Source: a virus
Lineage: Duplodnaviria; Caudoviricetes
IMG/VR virus record: IMGVR_UViG_3300037336_000026
Span: 1 to 58,437 of that record
DNA length: 58,437 nt
Strand: one strand, 5' to 3'
Each line of letters starts with the position of its first letter. Within the stretch, counting starts at the first letter, position 1. A program made the position numbers and the translations under genes. The notes beneath the pieces are model-generated. The model worked only from the letters and a program-made list of their open reading frames with translations. It had not been told where the DNA came from and made no database searches. Below, piece by piece: positions 39,102 to 49,648 of the stretch.

Positions 39102-41090
39102 TTATCCTTCACATGCGAGACATTCATCTGACTCGGTGTTTGTTATTTGGTTTTGTAAGTGGTTACTTAGTTCAGTAAACCCACCAATGTATTCTCCCTT
39201 CAGGTATATCTGAGGTACTGTTCGAACGTCAGGGCGTCCTGTAATTTCAGCTGCAGTCTTACCTTCAACTTCAATATCGATATATTCATACTCAATATTA
39301 TTAAAGGCAAGTAAACCTTTAGCGTTAGCACAGTGAGGACAATTATCCTTACCGTATACAATAGTTCTTTTCTCTTCAATTAACTTATTAGACTCTACCT
39401 TCTTAGATACATTCTCTGCACGAGCAGTTGCCTCAGTACGTAGATAGTATAACCCTTTAAGGCCTTTTTCCCAAGCAGAGAGGTGTACCTTATTAACATA
39501 GGCACGATCAGCACCAGAGGGAAAGAACAAGTTAACAGATTGCCCTTGGCAGATATAACGTTGACGTTGACCTGCTAATTTAACAATATCCATCTGATCA
39601 ATCTCAAAGCTTGTGGCAAATACTTTCTTTGTTTGGTCATCTAAGAAGTCTAAGTGTTGTACTGATCCACTATTAGTGATGATGTTACTCCACACTTCCT
39701 GTGTATTCTTACCAAGAGCTTCTAGTACATCCTTAAGATATAGGTTCTGTACTAAGAAAGAACCAGCACGAGTACGATGAGTATAGGCATTAGCTTTATT
39801 AGGCTCAATACAAGGGGAAGAACTGATTATAATGCTACTAGAGGCATTAGGAGCGATAGCTAGTAGGTGCGCATTACGCATACCGGTACCCACCATATCA
39901 GGAGCTTCTCCACGCTCACCTGCAAGCAACCTGCTAGCCTGTACAGCTGCTTTCTTGATGTAAGAAAACATCTCTTCATTCATAACTACTGAATCTTCAC
40001 TACCAAAGGCAACATTATTACGTTGTAAAGCGTTATGAAAACCCATAGCACCTAGTCCAAGAGACCTTTCTCTTGATGCAGAGTACTTTGCTCGATACAA
40101 AGCAGGAGGGCAATTCTCAATAAAGTATTCGAGTACGTTATCAAGCATAGTAATAAGGTCTGCAATCATTGTGCTACCAACCCAGTCACTATAGTGCTCT
40201 AGATTAACTGAGCTTAAACAACATACAGCAGTACGGTCTTCGTTTGTTACTAGGTGAATCTCATTACAAAGGTTGCTACCATTAATAGATAGACCTAGAT
40301 CCTTCTGTGCTTGTGGTAAAGCCTCATTAGCAGTATCAATAAAGTTAAGATAGGGTTCTCCGGTACGGAAACGGGTTTCTAGAAGCTTCTGCCATACAAC
40401 TCGTGCATCTAACCATTCACCGGTGTTACCCTTCTTAGGGTCGATAAGTTCATATTTAGTTCCTGCTTTTACAGCACTCATGAACCCATCAGTAATATTA
40501 ACAGCATTATGAAGGTTGAAGCACTTACGATTGACATCCCCCGTTGGGATCCTGAGACCGATAAACTCCATAACATCAGGATGATCAACGTTAATATAAG
40601 CAGCATAAGAACCTTTACGTGTTTTACCTTGGCGATATGCCGTCATATCCGCATCTACCGTATGTAGAAACGGGATAGGGCCGGGAGCAATATCCGATAC
40701 ACCTCGTACATCACTCCAATGGCCACCCACACCACCTCCCATAACAGAGAGTAAGCGTAGTTCAGAGCTGTGATCAATAAGACCCTCAATTGTGTCAGGA
40801 ACATACGTTAAGAAGCATGATATTGGTAGACCTTTGGCCTTGTTCGATGAGTCAGGGGCATTAGAAAGAACAGGACTGGCGAACATAAACCAGCCCTTCG
40901 ATACATAGTCATACAAGCGTTGAGCTAACGCTTCATCTCTTATACCTTTAAAATTACTCCATGCCCAAGAAGCACGAGCAAAAATATCTTGTGGGGACTC
41001 CTCACCTTCTTTAGCGTAGAAGTCCATTAACATATCCTGTGAGTAGTCAGCTAGTTGTTTATCACGTTCATAGCTAATTTTAATGTTCAT
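39102..41090 (-). CDS. nrdA: ribonucleotide reductase class I alpha subunit fused to glutaredoxin
   Basis: ISCF, GSNLCNEI, AIAPNASSS, LKGLYY, Grx CPHC..TVPQI..IGGF, terminal CLACEG. Confidence 0.95.
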   Translation of the reverse strand: MNIKISYERDKQLADYSQDMLMDFYAKEGEESPQDIFARASWAWSNFKGIRDEALAQRLYDYVSKGWFMFASPVLSNAPDSSNKAKGLPISCFLTYVPDTIEGLIDHSSELRLLSVMGGGVGGHWSDVRGVSDIAPGPIPFLHTVDADMTAYRQGKTRKGSYAAYINVDHPDVMEFIGLRIPTGDVNRKCFNLHNAVNITDGFMSAVKAGTKYELIDPKKGNTGEWLDARVVWQKLLETRFRTGEPYLNFIDTANEALPQAQKDLGLSINGSNLCNEIHLVTNEDRTAVCCLSSVNLEHYSDWVGSTMIADLITMLDNVLEYFIENCPPALYRAKYSASRERSLGLGAMGFHNALQRNNVAFGSEDSVVMNEEMFSYIKKAAVQASRLLAGERGEAPDMVGTGMRNAHLLAIAPNASSSIIISSSPCIEPNKANAYTHRTRAGSFLVQNLYLKDVLEALGKNTQEVWSNIITNSGSVQHLDFLDDQTKKVFATSFEIDQMDIVKLAGQRQRYICQGQSVNLFFPSGADRAYVNKVHLSAWEKGLKGLYYLRTEATARAENVSKKVESNKLIEEKRTIVYGKDNCPHCANAKGLLAFNNIEYEYIDIEVEGKTAAEITGRPDVRTVPQIYLKGEYIGGFTELSNHLQNQITNTESDECLACEG

Positions 41091-41120
41091 TTTTATCCTT
41101 GTTGTTTGTTATTTTGTTTG

Positions 41121-41136
41121 GTATTAGGTACCGACT
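41121..41136 (-). promoter_or_regulatory. phage RNAP promoter-like motif upstream of nrdA
   Basis: AGTCGGTACCTAATAC, intergenic. Confidence 0.75.
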
Positions 41137-41138
41137 GA

Positions 41139-43337
41139 TTAGCAAAAGAAATACTTTGATTCCATTACATCGATTAAATCTAAACTTCCTAGCTCAGGTT
41201 GTGGTAGAGTGAATGACACTTTGTTATTCATTAGTGTACCTTGTATAACATCAAAGAAGTTTGATACATCATACTGAGCAATGAAAGTCATCTTAGTTAC
41301 TTCCTGTAGAAAGTCCACTCCGGAGGCATGTGTACTGAAGCTATCATGTACAGCTGCAAAGCTTGCATCAAATACATTAATAGTGTTAGCCATATGAGCA
41401 GCATCATAAGAGTGGACAACATTGGGGCTAATACCTGAAGCAAATGATCTACGGCAAGGTACTTTTTCACCTGTATCTTTGTTAAGTACATCCACTCGGA
41501 TAACGTGCATGACACGCCCGTCTTTATTACCGACAATACCTTTGATAGTGCCTCTTTGTTTACGTTCATGTTGTAAGAATGCCTTATATATTACAGGAAA
41601 GCCACTAGGGGTATGCCAATCTAATACGTTACGACCTGAGTTAATCTCATGCTCAACTATCTTTTGCAGATACTTAGTGGTCTTTAACGGGCCATTACAT
41701 ACTGAGTTAATAGCCTTGATAAGATTACCTGACAGCATATTACAATCATCTTCTGTGATGTTGTATTTAACTGTGAAGCCTTCTACGTGGCAGTCATCAT
41801 ACATATTCTTAGAGATACGTTTCTTACCAGCCGAGTATGCACGAGTCATTGAACCTCGTTTAGCGATACCCTTACGAATGTCTTTCATAGGCATACCCTT
41901 ACTGGTAAACCAATCAGGCATTGTAATGATTAGTTCCTTAGCTACAGCTACATAGAAATCTTTTTGGATTTTAGTAGGTACTAAAGAAACTAATTCACCT
42001 GCTTGCTTGTCTTTAGACATAGCTGCTAGGTGCTGCCAACCATTATTACTACCATCAATAGGTATAGGTAATCTAGAGTAATAGTCACCCTTAGAGCTCA
42101 AACATTTAGTTATATCGATACATGCTGCCAAGAAAGCATAAGGCTTTTCTGAGTCATTTATAACCTTTAGATCATTAGCACAACTAATTATGAACTTTAA
42201 ATTCTCCTTAGCCCATGCCTCTCGATCTTCTAAGGTCATCTTATCTACACTAATAGTTTCTAATCCCTCTTCCTTGAGGTAATCTACATAATCAGTTGAT
42301 AACCAATCGATATCTTCTAGCTGATCGATATTGTATGATGCATTGTAGCTATTAGCAGCATGAATAAGCATCCATTTAAAACCTTCTGGAGTAACTTTCT
42401 CCTCGTTATTAAACAAGAACAAACTACGAGACAAGTCACTACCTTGGAACTCCAAGAATGACTCAGCATAATAGATACGACCTCGGTAGTCACATGAAAC
42501 TTCTTGGTAGAAGGTTCTGTCACCAACCATCTCAGCCTTCTTAACTACCTGCATATACTCAAAGTACTTAGAGATCATACGCTGTAGCTTAGGATCTTTC
42601 TTTCCCATGAAAGTAGTACCATCAAGGTGATTAAGCTGCTTAGGTAAATGTAGGTTCTCATGATGTACGTTGTACTCATATAGTACTCCGTCTTCATCTG
42701 TTAACTCTATAATTTCCTTAGGTTTATTATTTTGCATAGCCTTAAGCACATCTAAGTTTAACTTCCAACCTTGCTGTCTTAAAGTTTCAAGAGCCTTAAC
42801 AAAAGGTTTGTCTAAGTACTCATGGAATAGCTTACTGTTAGACCATCCTTTAATGAATGGATCTTTAGTAATACCACTGTACAAACCAGCAATAGGTAAC
42901 GGAGCTTCAAACACAGTACCAATAAGTACTGGCTTAATGTCGTCAGCCTGATTAACAATACGCACCATGTACGGTGCCTTCTGTCCTTCATACTCGCGGA
43001 AGATATCTATCAACCCATCTTGAAGGAATGTTTCTAAGAACAAGTCACCAAGACTTAAAGTTGTTTTGATATTAGTATCATCAACGCCGATAGAACGGGC
43101 GATCCGCTTTCCAATGAGATCACTTGAAAAAGTGAGCTTAACTGAGGCGGTAAACTTGGAGGTTTTATTACGGATACAGTAACGTAGGAGTGTGTCCCAT
43201 GATTCATCTATAAGTCTTTCTAATTCATATTCCCATGTGGGATGGTGTGCTAATAGTCGAGCACCCTCATTATAAATCTTATCTGAGTTTACTACGACTT
43301 TAGATACGCGTTCGGATAAGTATTTTAGTGGATTCAT
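41139..43337 (-). CDS. T7-like single-subunit RNA polymerase
   Basis: DYRGRIY, PIPIDGSNNGWQH, RKGIAKRGSMTRAY, PNVVHSYDAAH, VHDSF, C-terminal YFFC. Confidence 0.95.
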   Translation of the reverse strand: MNPLKYLSERVSKVVVNSDKIYNEGARLLAHHPTWEYELERLIDESWDTLLRYCIRNKTSKFTASVKLTFSSDLIGKRIARSIGVDDTNIKTTLSLGDLFLETFLQDGLIDIFREYEGQKAPYMVRIVNQADDIKPVLIGTVFEAPLPIAGLYSGITKDPFIKGWSNSKLFHEYLDKPFVKALETLRQQGWKLNLDVLKAMQNNKPKEIIELTDEDGVLYEYNVHHENLHLPKQLNHLDGTTFMGKKDPKLQRMISKYFEYMQVVKKAEMVGDRTFYQEVSCDYRGRIYYAESFLEFQGSDLSRSLFLFNNEEKVTPEGFKWMLIHAANSYNASYNIDQLEDIDWLSTDYVDYLKEEGLETISVDKMTLEDREAWAKENLKFIISCANDLKVINDSEKPYAFLAACIDITKCLSSKGDYYSRLPIPIDGSNNGWQHLAAMSKDKQAGELVSLVPTKIQKDFYVAVAKELIITMPDWFTSKGMPMKDIRKGIAKRGSMTRAYSAGKKRISKNMYDDCHVEGFTVKYNITEDDCNMLSGNLIKAINSVCNGPLKTTKYLQKIVEHEINSGRNVLDWHTPSGFPVIYKAFLQHERKQRGTIKGIVGNKDGRVMHVIRVDVLNKDTGEKVPCRRSFASGISPNVVHSYDAAHMANTINVFDASFAAVHDSFSTHASGVDFLQEVTKMTFIAQYDVSNFFDVIQGTLMNNKVSFTLPQPELGSLDLIDVMESKYFFC

Positions 43338-44948
43338 CTATTCAAAGTCAATTACAGTGTTTTGAGTTAAACGACCTGTTGCAGTGTCGTATCGAGTTGA
43401 TCCACAATCACCAGTCAAGCCGGTGAATCGTGATTTAAGTACCCTTAATTTAATTGTGTTACGCTCTGATTCTGTTTCAGCAATCATGTTACGAGAAAAT
43501 GCTACGATATCAAACGAGATCTGTTTAATAGAACCAGAACCCTTGATGTCATCTAATGAAGGTAACTTACCCTCTTCAAATGGCTTCATACCAAGACCTG
43601 ATTTACGCAGGTGAGAGATGATACCTAACCATATGTTATGTTTCTTAGTAATCTTAAGCATGTCAGACATGAATGAATCAATTGCTTCATTACCTGTTTT
43701 ACCTTGAACACCCTCAGATACTGCAATAGTAATGTGATCAAGAAAGATATACTTACAACCCATTAAGGCTAAGTGTTCCATCTTATCTGCTAAGGATTCA
43801 TCACTAACAGAGCCTTGGTGATCAAGCATAACTAAACGCTCATCTCCAAACACCTTAGCAAAGGCTTCGTACTTCTCTTCCTCACTAACCTTTTCTCGGT
43901 TAAGATTCTTCTTGAGTTGCATACCAATAAACTTCTCTGCGGTATCACCAACAGATTCTTCTAATGAGACTATACCTACCATATCGGTTGTCTTATCTAA
44001 GATCTCTAGTATAATCTCCTTACTAATAGTAGACTTACCTGCACCTGTGCCTGAGGTAAACAAAACAATATCACCCATACGCATACCATATAGCTTTTCA
44101 TTAAGAGGGTTTAAGCAAATAGGATAGGCAAGTGATACTGTGTTCTGTTTACGCTGGTATTGTTCCCAGATGTCATTACCCTTAACCACACCAGCAGGGC
44201 TGAATGGTCGAGCATCAAACATACAACTCATTAGCGTAACACTACCATGCTTAATTAATACTTCACATGGATCTTTCTCTGGTAGATTAGCTATCTTAAC
44301 TCTTTCGTATCCAATAATCTTAGCAGCAGTCTCGGTTGCCTTACGACCTGCCTCATCATTATCAAACATCAATACAACTTCATCGAAGTTCCTGATCCAG
44401 TCACGTTGAGCAAGGATAATAGAGGTAGCAGACGCTGAAGGGATAGCTACTACAGGATAGAATCTAGAGTACTTATCGTACTGTGCTTGTGCTATTGCTA
44501 ATGCGTCAAGCTCACCTTCAGTAATGATTAATCGTTTACCTGAACCAGCTACGTTCTGACCGAACAATTCAACGTTCTTAAAGTCACCATGAATCAAGAA
44601 GTCCTTTGGTAACTTACGTTCCTTGTAAGCACATACAACGTTATCTTTTGTGTAAGGATAGAAATGAGATTCGATTGTACCATCTTCTGCATAGGCTACC
44701 TTAACTCCGTAGTGTTCAGCTACAGGTTTAGTAATACCTCGTTCTTTAAAGCCACGGGTATCATACGACTTAACTTCATCTAGGTTTAATACATTAGCGT
44801 AGATCATCTTAGCCATAGGTTTTTCTTTCTGGTTTATTAAATTACTTTTCTGACAACTAAAACAAAATCCAAACTCATCATCATCCTTGTAAGAGAATGC
44901 ATCTGATGAGCTGCATTTTGGACATGCTGTGTGATACCATCTGCTCAT
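43338..44948 (-). CDS. primase-helicase (T7 gp4-like)
   Basis: Zn finger CPKC/CFSC, TOPRIM TEGELDA/FDND, GTGAGKS, LDHI, KGSGSIKQ, KSRFTG. Confidence 0.95.
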   Translation of the reverse strand: MSRWYHTACPKCSSSDAFSYKDDDEFGFCFSCQKSNLINQKEKPMAKMIYANVLNLDEVKSYDTRGFKERGITKPVAEHYGVKVAYAEDGTIESHFYPYTKDNVVCAYKERKLPKDFLIHGDFKNVELFGQNVAGSGKRLIITEGELDALAIAQAQYDKYSRFYPVVAIPSASATSIILAQRDWIRNFDEVVLMFDNDEAGRKATETAAKIIGYERVKIANLPEKDPCEVLIKHGSVTLMSCMFDARPFSPAGVVKGNDIWEQYQRKQNTVSLAYPICLNPLNEKLYGMRMGDIVLFTSGTGAGKSTISKEIILEILDKTTDMVGIVSLEESVGDTAEKFIGMQLKKNLNREKVSEEEKYEAFAKVFGDERLVMLDHQGSVSDESLADKMEHLALMGCKYIFLDHITIAVSEGVQGKTGNEAIDSFMSDMLKITKKHNIWLGIISHLRKSGLGMKPFEEGKLPSLDDIKGSGSIKQISFDIVAFSRNMIAETESERNTIKLRVLKSRFTGLTGDCGSTRYDTATGRLTQNTVIDFE

Positions 44949-45110
44949 TTAATTCCAATCTTGATCTTCTCTGATCTCTCTGATTAACTGCCTACGTTCT
45001 TTAGCTGTTTGTTGTGTATCCCTTTTACGTGTAAATTGATCGCGGTATTCTGACTTAGGGTTTAAGTCTTCAACCTCTTTGTGTTTAGACTTGTCGTCTT
45101 TATTTTTCAT
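44949..45110 (-). CDS. small charged hypothetical protein (53 aa)
   Basis: manually found MKNKDDKSKHKE...; fills the gap exactly. Confidence 0.6.
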   Translation of the reverse strand: MKNKDDKSKHKEVEDLNPKSEYRDQFTRKRDTQQTAKERRQLIREIREDQDWN

Positions 45111-45526
45111 AACTTAGGTTTAATAAATTTTACTGCACCAATATTACCATTGTACCAGAGTCTCTCTCCTGATTCAATCTCTTCCCTAGATAATACTTCT
45201 GATAGCCATTGCTCCTGTACTTCACGGTAGGTTAACATTCCTTTCCCTATTACCCAGTCATAAATGACAAAGGTAAATGCTCCTTTACCGTACTTCTTAA
45301 TGTCATCGTTCAATTCCTTACATGATGAGGTGTAAACCCTCCAAGCAGATTCCTTAACGGTCTTAACTCGGCGAGACTTACCTTCAACTCTTTTCATAGA
45401 TACACTTACGAGTTGTTTTCTTCCGATATATTTTCTTCCTGTGATAAGGTTTTCGATATAGTAGATGAATCCAAAGGCATCGTCTGGTCTATCACTAAGG
45501 GGGTTCCAGTGTCCGTAATCGTCCAT
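45107..45526 (-). CDS. GIY-YIG family endonuclease
   Basis: GFIYYIENLITGRKYIGRK, YTSS, YNGNI. Confidence 0.8.
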   Translation of the reverse strand: MDDYGHWNPLSDRPDDAFGFIYYIENLITGRKYIGRKQLVSVSMKRVEGKSRRVKTVKESAWRVYTSSCKELNDDIKKYGKGAFTFVIYDWVIGKGMLTYREVQEQWLSEVLSREEIESGERLWYNGNIGAVKFIKPKL

Positions 45527-46257
45527 GATAATTTTTCTTCTAGTTGTTCGTAGGTTAACGGGATACAGTCATCCAAGTACTCTCGGATATAGATTAGGTT
45601 AGCACACTTAGTGAACTCTTCCTTCCAATTATAACCTACTTTAGACTTCCAAGTCTCAATAACCCTACTCCATATATAGTCAGTAGGTAGATCTTTAAGA
45701 ATCTTTTCTGCTGTTTTAGGGCCAACACCTTTTAGACCTCTAATGTTATCGGTTGAGTCACCGGTAAGCATCTGTGTCATAAGGAATAGGTAACTCTCTT
45801 GGGGTTCCATGTAGTATAACTTAGTAGTTCTAAAGTTATAATGGTATCCAGGAAGTGTATCTAAGTCTTTATCTATGTGACATATAACATAACGTTTATT
45901 ATCCTTTAATGCTATCTCTCCATAGATACCACAGTAGTCATCAGCCTCTGCTCCATCAGAACAAAAACAGAACGCACCAGCATACTCATATAGCATGTTG
46001 ATACGATCTTTAATCTCTGGGTCTATGTTATTTTTACGATTAGCCTTGTAGTCATCTGTAACTGAGTACCTGAAGTTATCAGTACCTTTAATAAACACAG
46101 CGCCCTCTATTGAGCCTGTGTTAGACATAATCTCTTTTAACTTATCGTCAAAAGCTTTCTTAGCTAATACTGGTGATGGCTGGTAGTGAGCTATCTGGTA
46201 GATAATACTATCAGCATCAATGATTGCTAAGTCAAACTGATCGTCTGATTCAATCAT
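45406..46257 (-). CDS. 5'-3' exonuclease (T7 gp6-like)
   Basis: IIDADS, YKANR, EADD, DKDL, GDSTDNIRGLKGVGPKTA. Confidence 0.92.
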   Translation of the reverse strand: MIESDDQFDLAIIDADSIIYQIAHYQPSPVLAKKAFDDKLKEIMSNTGSIEGAVFIKGTDNFRYSVTDDYKANRKNNIDPEIKDRINMLYEYAGAFCFCSDGAEADDYCGIYGEIALKDNKRYVICHIDKDLDTLPGYHYNFRTTKLYYMEPQESYLFLMTQMLTGDSTDNIRGLKGVGPKTAEKILKDLPTDYIWSRVIETWKSKVGYNWKEEFTKCANLIYIREYLDDCIPLTYEQLEEKLSWTITDTGTPLVIDQTMPLDSSTISKTLSQEENISEENNS

Positions 46258-46269
46258 AATCTTCCTTTG

Positions 46270-48117
46270 TTAATGAACGTCTGCATAGGTCTTACCTACC
46301 TTAGCTTCACCACCCATACAGGTGATACCAAACCACTTAGGTGCTTCAGTAAAAGCTTCTTCAGATAGCTCACGTAGTTCTTCTACGTGTTCATCCTTAC
46401 AGACAACTGCCAATTCATCGTGATAATGAAGGACAAAGTAGTGTGGGATCTTTCGTTCCCTTAGTTTTCTTTTGAGATATACTGCTGCGGCTTTACATGT
46501 AACCCCTTCAGCTGTTTGTAGTATGTAGTTAAGTACCTGATGAGGTGATGATACGAATACTAATCGACCATCAATACCACGTACAAAAGCTTTCTCCTTA
46601 CCAAACGCTCCAGCAGTATTATTATACTGAGTCATTATCTTATCTTTAAGTTCTGGTAAGCCCGGTGTGGACTTCTCAAACTTAACCATAGCTTCTTGAC
46701 CTAATTTAGCATCTCGTTTACCGCTAAGTATAAGACCTAACTTACCTGCACCACCACCGAATAGGAAAGCATACAAGAAAGGTTTAGCTAAGTCACGACT
46801 TACATTCAGGGTATCAGCATTACGTTGATGTACGTCACCGTTAATTACCTCATTAGTGAACTCATCGTTACCAATGTAGTGGCAGAGACCACGCATCTGA
46901 TTACCTGATGAGTCGGCACCTACAATAGTAGTTCCCTCTTCACATATCAGTAATGATCGCATCTCTTTACCGTATACAGAGCTTACCTTAGGTAGGTTAG
47001 CTACTACCTCATGACGACATCTGAAAGTAGGTGTACCGATAGTCCACATACGACCATGAAGGCGATTGTCTAATGATTCTTTTACTTCCTTTATCCATCC
47101 TTCTAGAATACTTTTACGGCTACGTATAGTATAGAAGTCACTTAGCAGCATAGCGTCCGCACCTAACAGCGACAATGATGAGTCAGAAAGCTTAGGAGAC
47201 TTGTTGACAAACTTACCGTTGATACGTTCAACATTCCATTCATCGGGTACCCATCCTAGTGAGTACAACCAATCCTTAGCTACCTCAATTGATCCTGCTT
47301 TACCTTGTTCAAATGATACTCTGCAGTATGCACCAAGGATAGGCCTATCTCTTTTACCACTCTCTTGAGTGTAACCGAAGTGCTTAACAGTAGATAATGT
47401 GTAGCAACCATCCTTACGCCATGCAGGTTCTTTGTACTCAGTAGGCTTATCAATCTTGATACATCGCATACCAATCTTAGGCTCCAGCACCTGCTCGATA
47501 GCATCTACCTTATTGTTTATCTTTGTAAGTAGTGTCTGAGCACCAGCCATATCAAACATCCATCCCTTATTACGGATCTCAGCTTCAATCGCAGAGAATT
47601 CCATCTCTACTTCGATACCCTTCTTAAAGTTAGGGTGCTTGCTTATGATCTTACTAGACTCTATGGCAAGCTCTTTGTAGACCTTAACGTTTAACTCTAC
47701 ATCTCGGATACAGTATTTAAGCATCTCTTTAGAGTAAGAATCAAAGTCATTGAACTCTATCTTAGGAAATTCTAACTTACTGCCCCATCCTGCTAGACCA
47801 TGTTTGTGGTCACGCCTGTACTGGTTTATCTGCGACAGTACCCATGTATCGATTACTTGTTGATTATCAGTAGGTGTCCAACCAGTTAGGTGCTCTAACA
47901 CTACTAAGTCATATCCAATAAAGTTATGACCGAATAGAATGTCAGCTGTCCCAATGAACTCTAGACCTTCTTTGAGCGAAGGTAGTTCTTTATCATGGTC
48001 AGAGAACGAGTACACCGTACCCGTATCTGAATCAATAGCAACCATACACCAGATCTTAGAGACATGTGGCATAAAGCCGTTGGTCTCTAAGTCTACGCAT
48101 AGTCTTAATTTACTCAT
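46270..48117 (-). CDS. DNA polymerase family A (T7 gp5-like)
   Basis: exonuclease DLET/GHNFIGYD/YCIRDV; polymerase motifs GADSSGNQMR, AKPFLYAFLFG, YHDE. Confidence 0.95.
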   Translation of the reverse strand: MSKLRLCVDLETNGFMPHVSKIWCMVAIDSDTGTVYSFSDHDKELPSLKEGLEFIGTADILFGHNFIGYDLVVLEHLTGWTPTDNQQVIDTWVLSQINQYRRDHKHGLAGWGSKLEFPKIEFNDFDSYSKEMLKYCIRDVELNVKVYKELAIESSKIISKHPNFKKGIEVEMEFSAIEAEIRNKGWMFDMAGAQTLLTKINNKVDAIEQVLEPKIGMRCIKIDKPTEYKEPAWRKDGCYTLSTVKHFGYTQESGKRDRPILGAYCRVSFEQGKAGSIEVAKDWLYSLGWVPDEWNVERINGKFVNKSPKLSDSSLSLLGADAMLLSDFYTIRSRKSILEGWIKEVKESLDNRLHGRMWTIGTPTFRCRHEVVANLPKVSSVYGKEMRSLLICEEGTTIVGADSSGNQMRGLCHYIGNDEFTNEVINGDVHQRNADTLNVSRDLAKPFLYAFLFGGGAGKLGLILSGKRDAKLGQEAMVKFEKSTPGLPELKDKIMTQYNNTAGAFGKEKAFVRGIDGRLVFVSSPHQVLNYILQTAEGVTCKAAAVYLKRKLRERKIPHYFVLHYHDELAVVCKDEHVEELRELSEEAFTEAPKWFGITCMGGEAKVGKTYADVH

Positions 48118-48590
48118 AGTATTTTATCTCCATATTTTTCTGCATAGAAGTACTCTAACATACGAGCTTCCATCTCCATAGGTTCAAAGCAGTATGCTTC
48201 AAACTCATCTAACTTATCGTACTTCAAACCTTTTACAGTAAACCCCTTACGATTACAGAGGAACTGTGCAGCGTGTACGAACTCATGGCATAGTACAGCC
48301 AAGAAGTGATCTACCATGTAGGGATTACCTTCCCAATCATTCATGAAAGGATCTCTTACTTGTATAAGCATACGTCCACAGTCCTCAGACATTGCAGTCA
48401 GTCCCTGTGATTTAGAATCAATATCATATTCAACAAGACATACATGTATCTGCATTGGCTTATCAGTTATTGTTAGCCCATAACGTTTACTGTAGTCTGT
48501 TACTACATTAATTAGTAGTTGTTTAATATCCTTTTCAGACGGAGGTAAACAAGAGACATTAACCTTGATATTCTTGGGTAGCTTATTCAT
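48114..48590 (-). CDS. putative zinc metallopeptidase-like protein
   Basis: HEFVH (HExxH) plus downstream PMEMEAR. Confidence 0.65.
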   Translation of the reverse strand: MNKLPKNIKVNVSCLPPSEKDIKQLLINVVTDYSKRYGLTITDKPMQIHVCLVEYDIDSKSQGLTAMSEDCGRMLIQVRDPFMNDWEGNPYMVDHFLAVLCHEFVHAAQFLCNRKGFTVKGLKYDKLDEFEAYCFEPMEMEARMLEYFYAEKYGDKIL

Positions 48591-48777
48591 CTTCTCCTGC
48601 CTCAACGATATCAACGTTTTTAGAGCCATAGCTTTTTAATTCCCTAGCCATTGATACTACTACTTCATAGTATGAGTCTACTTGTTCTTCTAAATCCTTA
48701 ATCTTGTTTAGTAAGTAAGTTAGATAAGCACCTAAAGCAAAAATAGATACCGTCATTACAATAAAATAATCGTTCAT
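48583..48777 (-). CDS. small membrane protein
   Basis: N-terminal TM segment plus coiled coil. Confidence 0.65.
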   Translation of the reverse strand: MNDYFIVMTVSIFALGAYLTYLLNKIKDLEEQVDSYYEVVVSMARELKSYGSKNVDIVEAGEDE

Positions 48778-49223
48778 AGTAACCCTGTCTTTCTCAGTTC
48801 GTCATCGGTAAATAACTTGTTATGGTTTTCTTGTTCATTAACTAACACACCTACTTTACGTAGATATTCTATGCCTTCCATGCTTTTGTAATCATCACGG
48901 TAAACCACTCTAGTAATTCCGCTGCTATAAATAAGCTTCCCGCACTCAATGCAAGGAGAGAGAGTACAGTAAAGCGTAGAACCTTTAGTGGAATTGTTAC
49001 TAGCGGCCACCTTAGCAATCGCAGTAGCTTCAGCGTGTAAGACAGTATGCTTTTGTGTGTCATTGCTTGTACCTCTTGCTGTACCATTATAAGAGAATGA
49101 AATAATGTTATCATCTTTTACAATGATAGCACCTACTTTTTTATCTGTAGCGTAACTCATTTTAGAGATTACATTACAGATATCCATGTACATTACATCC
49201 CAGTCACTCTGTTGCTTGATCAT
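48774..49223 (-). CDS. dCMP deaminase
   Basis: VGAIIV, HAE, SPCIEC motifs. Confidence 0.9.
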   Translation of the reverse strand: MIKQQSDWDVMYMDICNVISKMSYATDKKVGAIIVKDDNIISFSYNGTARGTSNDTQKHTVLHAEATAIAKVAASNNSTKGSTLYCTLSPCIECGKLIYSSGITRVVYRDDYKSMEGIEYLRKVGVLVNEQENHNKLFTDDELRKTGLL

Positions 49224-49413
49224 ATATTATTTCCATTTCAGACAATGCGTCTAAGAAGTCTAAGAATAAAGTTGTGCTAACACCGTCATGCGGCTTGCGT
49301 AGTATGATTGTTATCTCAGTATAACAGTCATCTGTTGTAGTATCAATTTGCATATGCACCATCTTTGGGGAAGTATTTATACCAGTCTTGGTAAGTTTCT
49401 CTTTTATTAACAT
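49204..49413 (-). CDS. hypothetical protein
   Basis: 69-aa ORF in operon. Confidence 0.55.
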   Translation of the reverse strand: MLIKEKLTKTGINTSPKMVHMQIDTTTDDCYTEITIILRKPHDGVSTTLFLDFLDALSEMEIIYDQATE

Positions 49414-49633
49414 ATGCTTCTCCTATAGCATCAAGGTCTAAATCCCATTGCTCAACTAGCATTGTTAACATAAAGTATAGCTGACCGATCTCTGTTTCTA
49501 ACATCTCCTTGTTACTAACACCTGTATCAGGGTGTACTTGGTTGATTCCAAAGCGAAATACCTTAGAGATAGCCTGAATTACTTCAGCACATTCTTCTTG
49601 AGTATTTAATGGTAGGATATCTTCGATTTTCAT
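49343..49633 (-). CDS. MazG-like nucleotide pyrophosphohydrolase
   Basis: QEECAEVIQAISK..LETEIG motif. Confidence 0.75.
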   Translation of the reverse strand: MKIEDILPLNTQEECAEVIQAISKVFRFGINQVHPDTGVSNKEMLETEIGQLYFMLTMLVEQWDLDLDAIGEAYVNKRETYQDWYKYFPKDGAYAN

Positions 49634-49648
49634 ATGTTCCTTTTGGAT

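Noticed and set aside
45406-45526. 121-bp overlap of exonuclease and GIY-YIG genes as a programmed frameshift
   Set aside because: No slippery site seen; the exonuclease tail looks like simple run-on into the next gene
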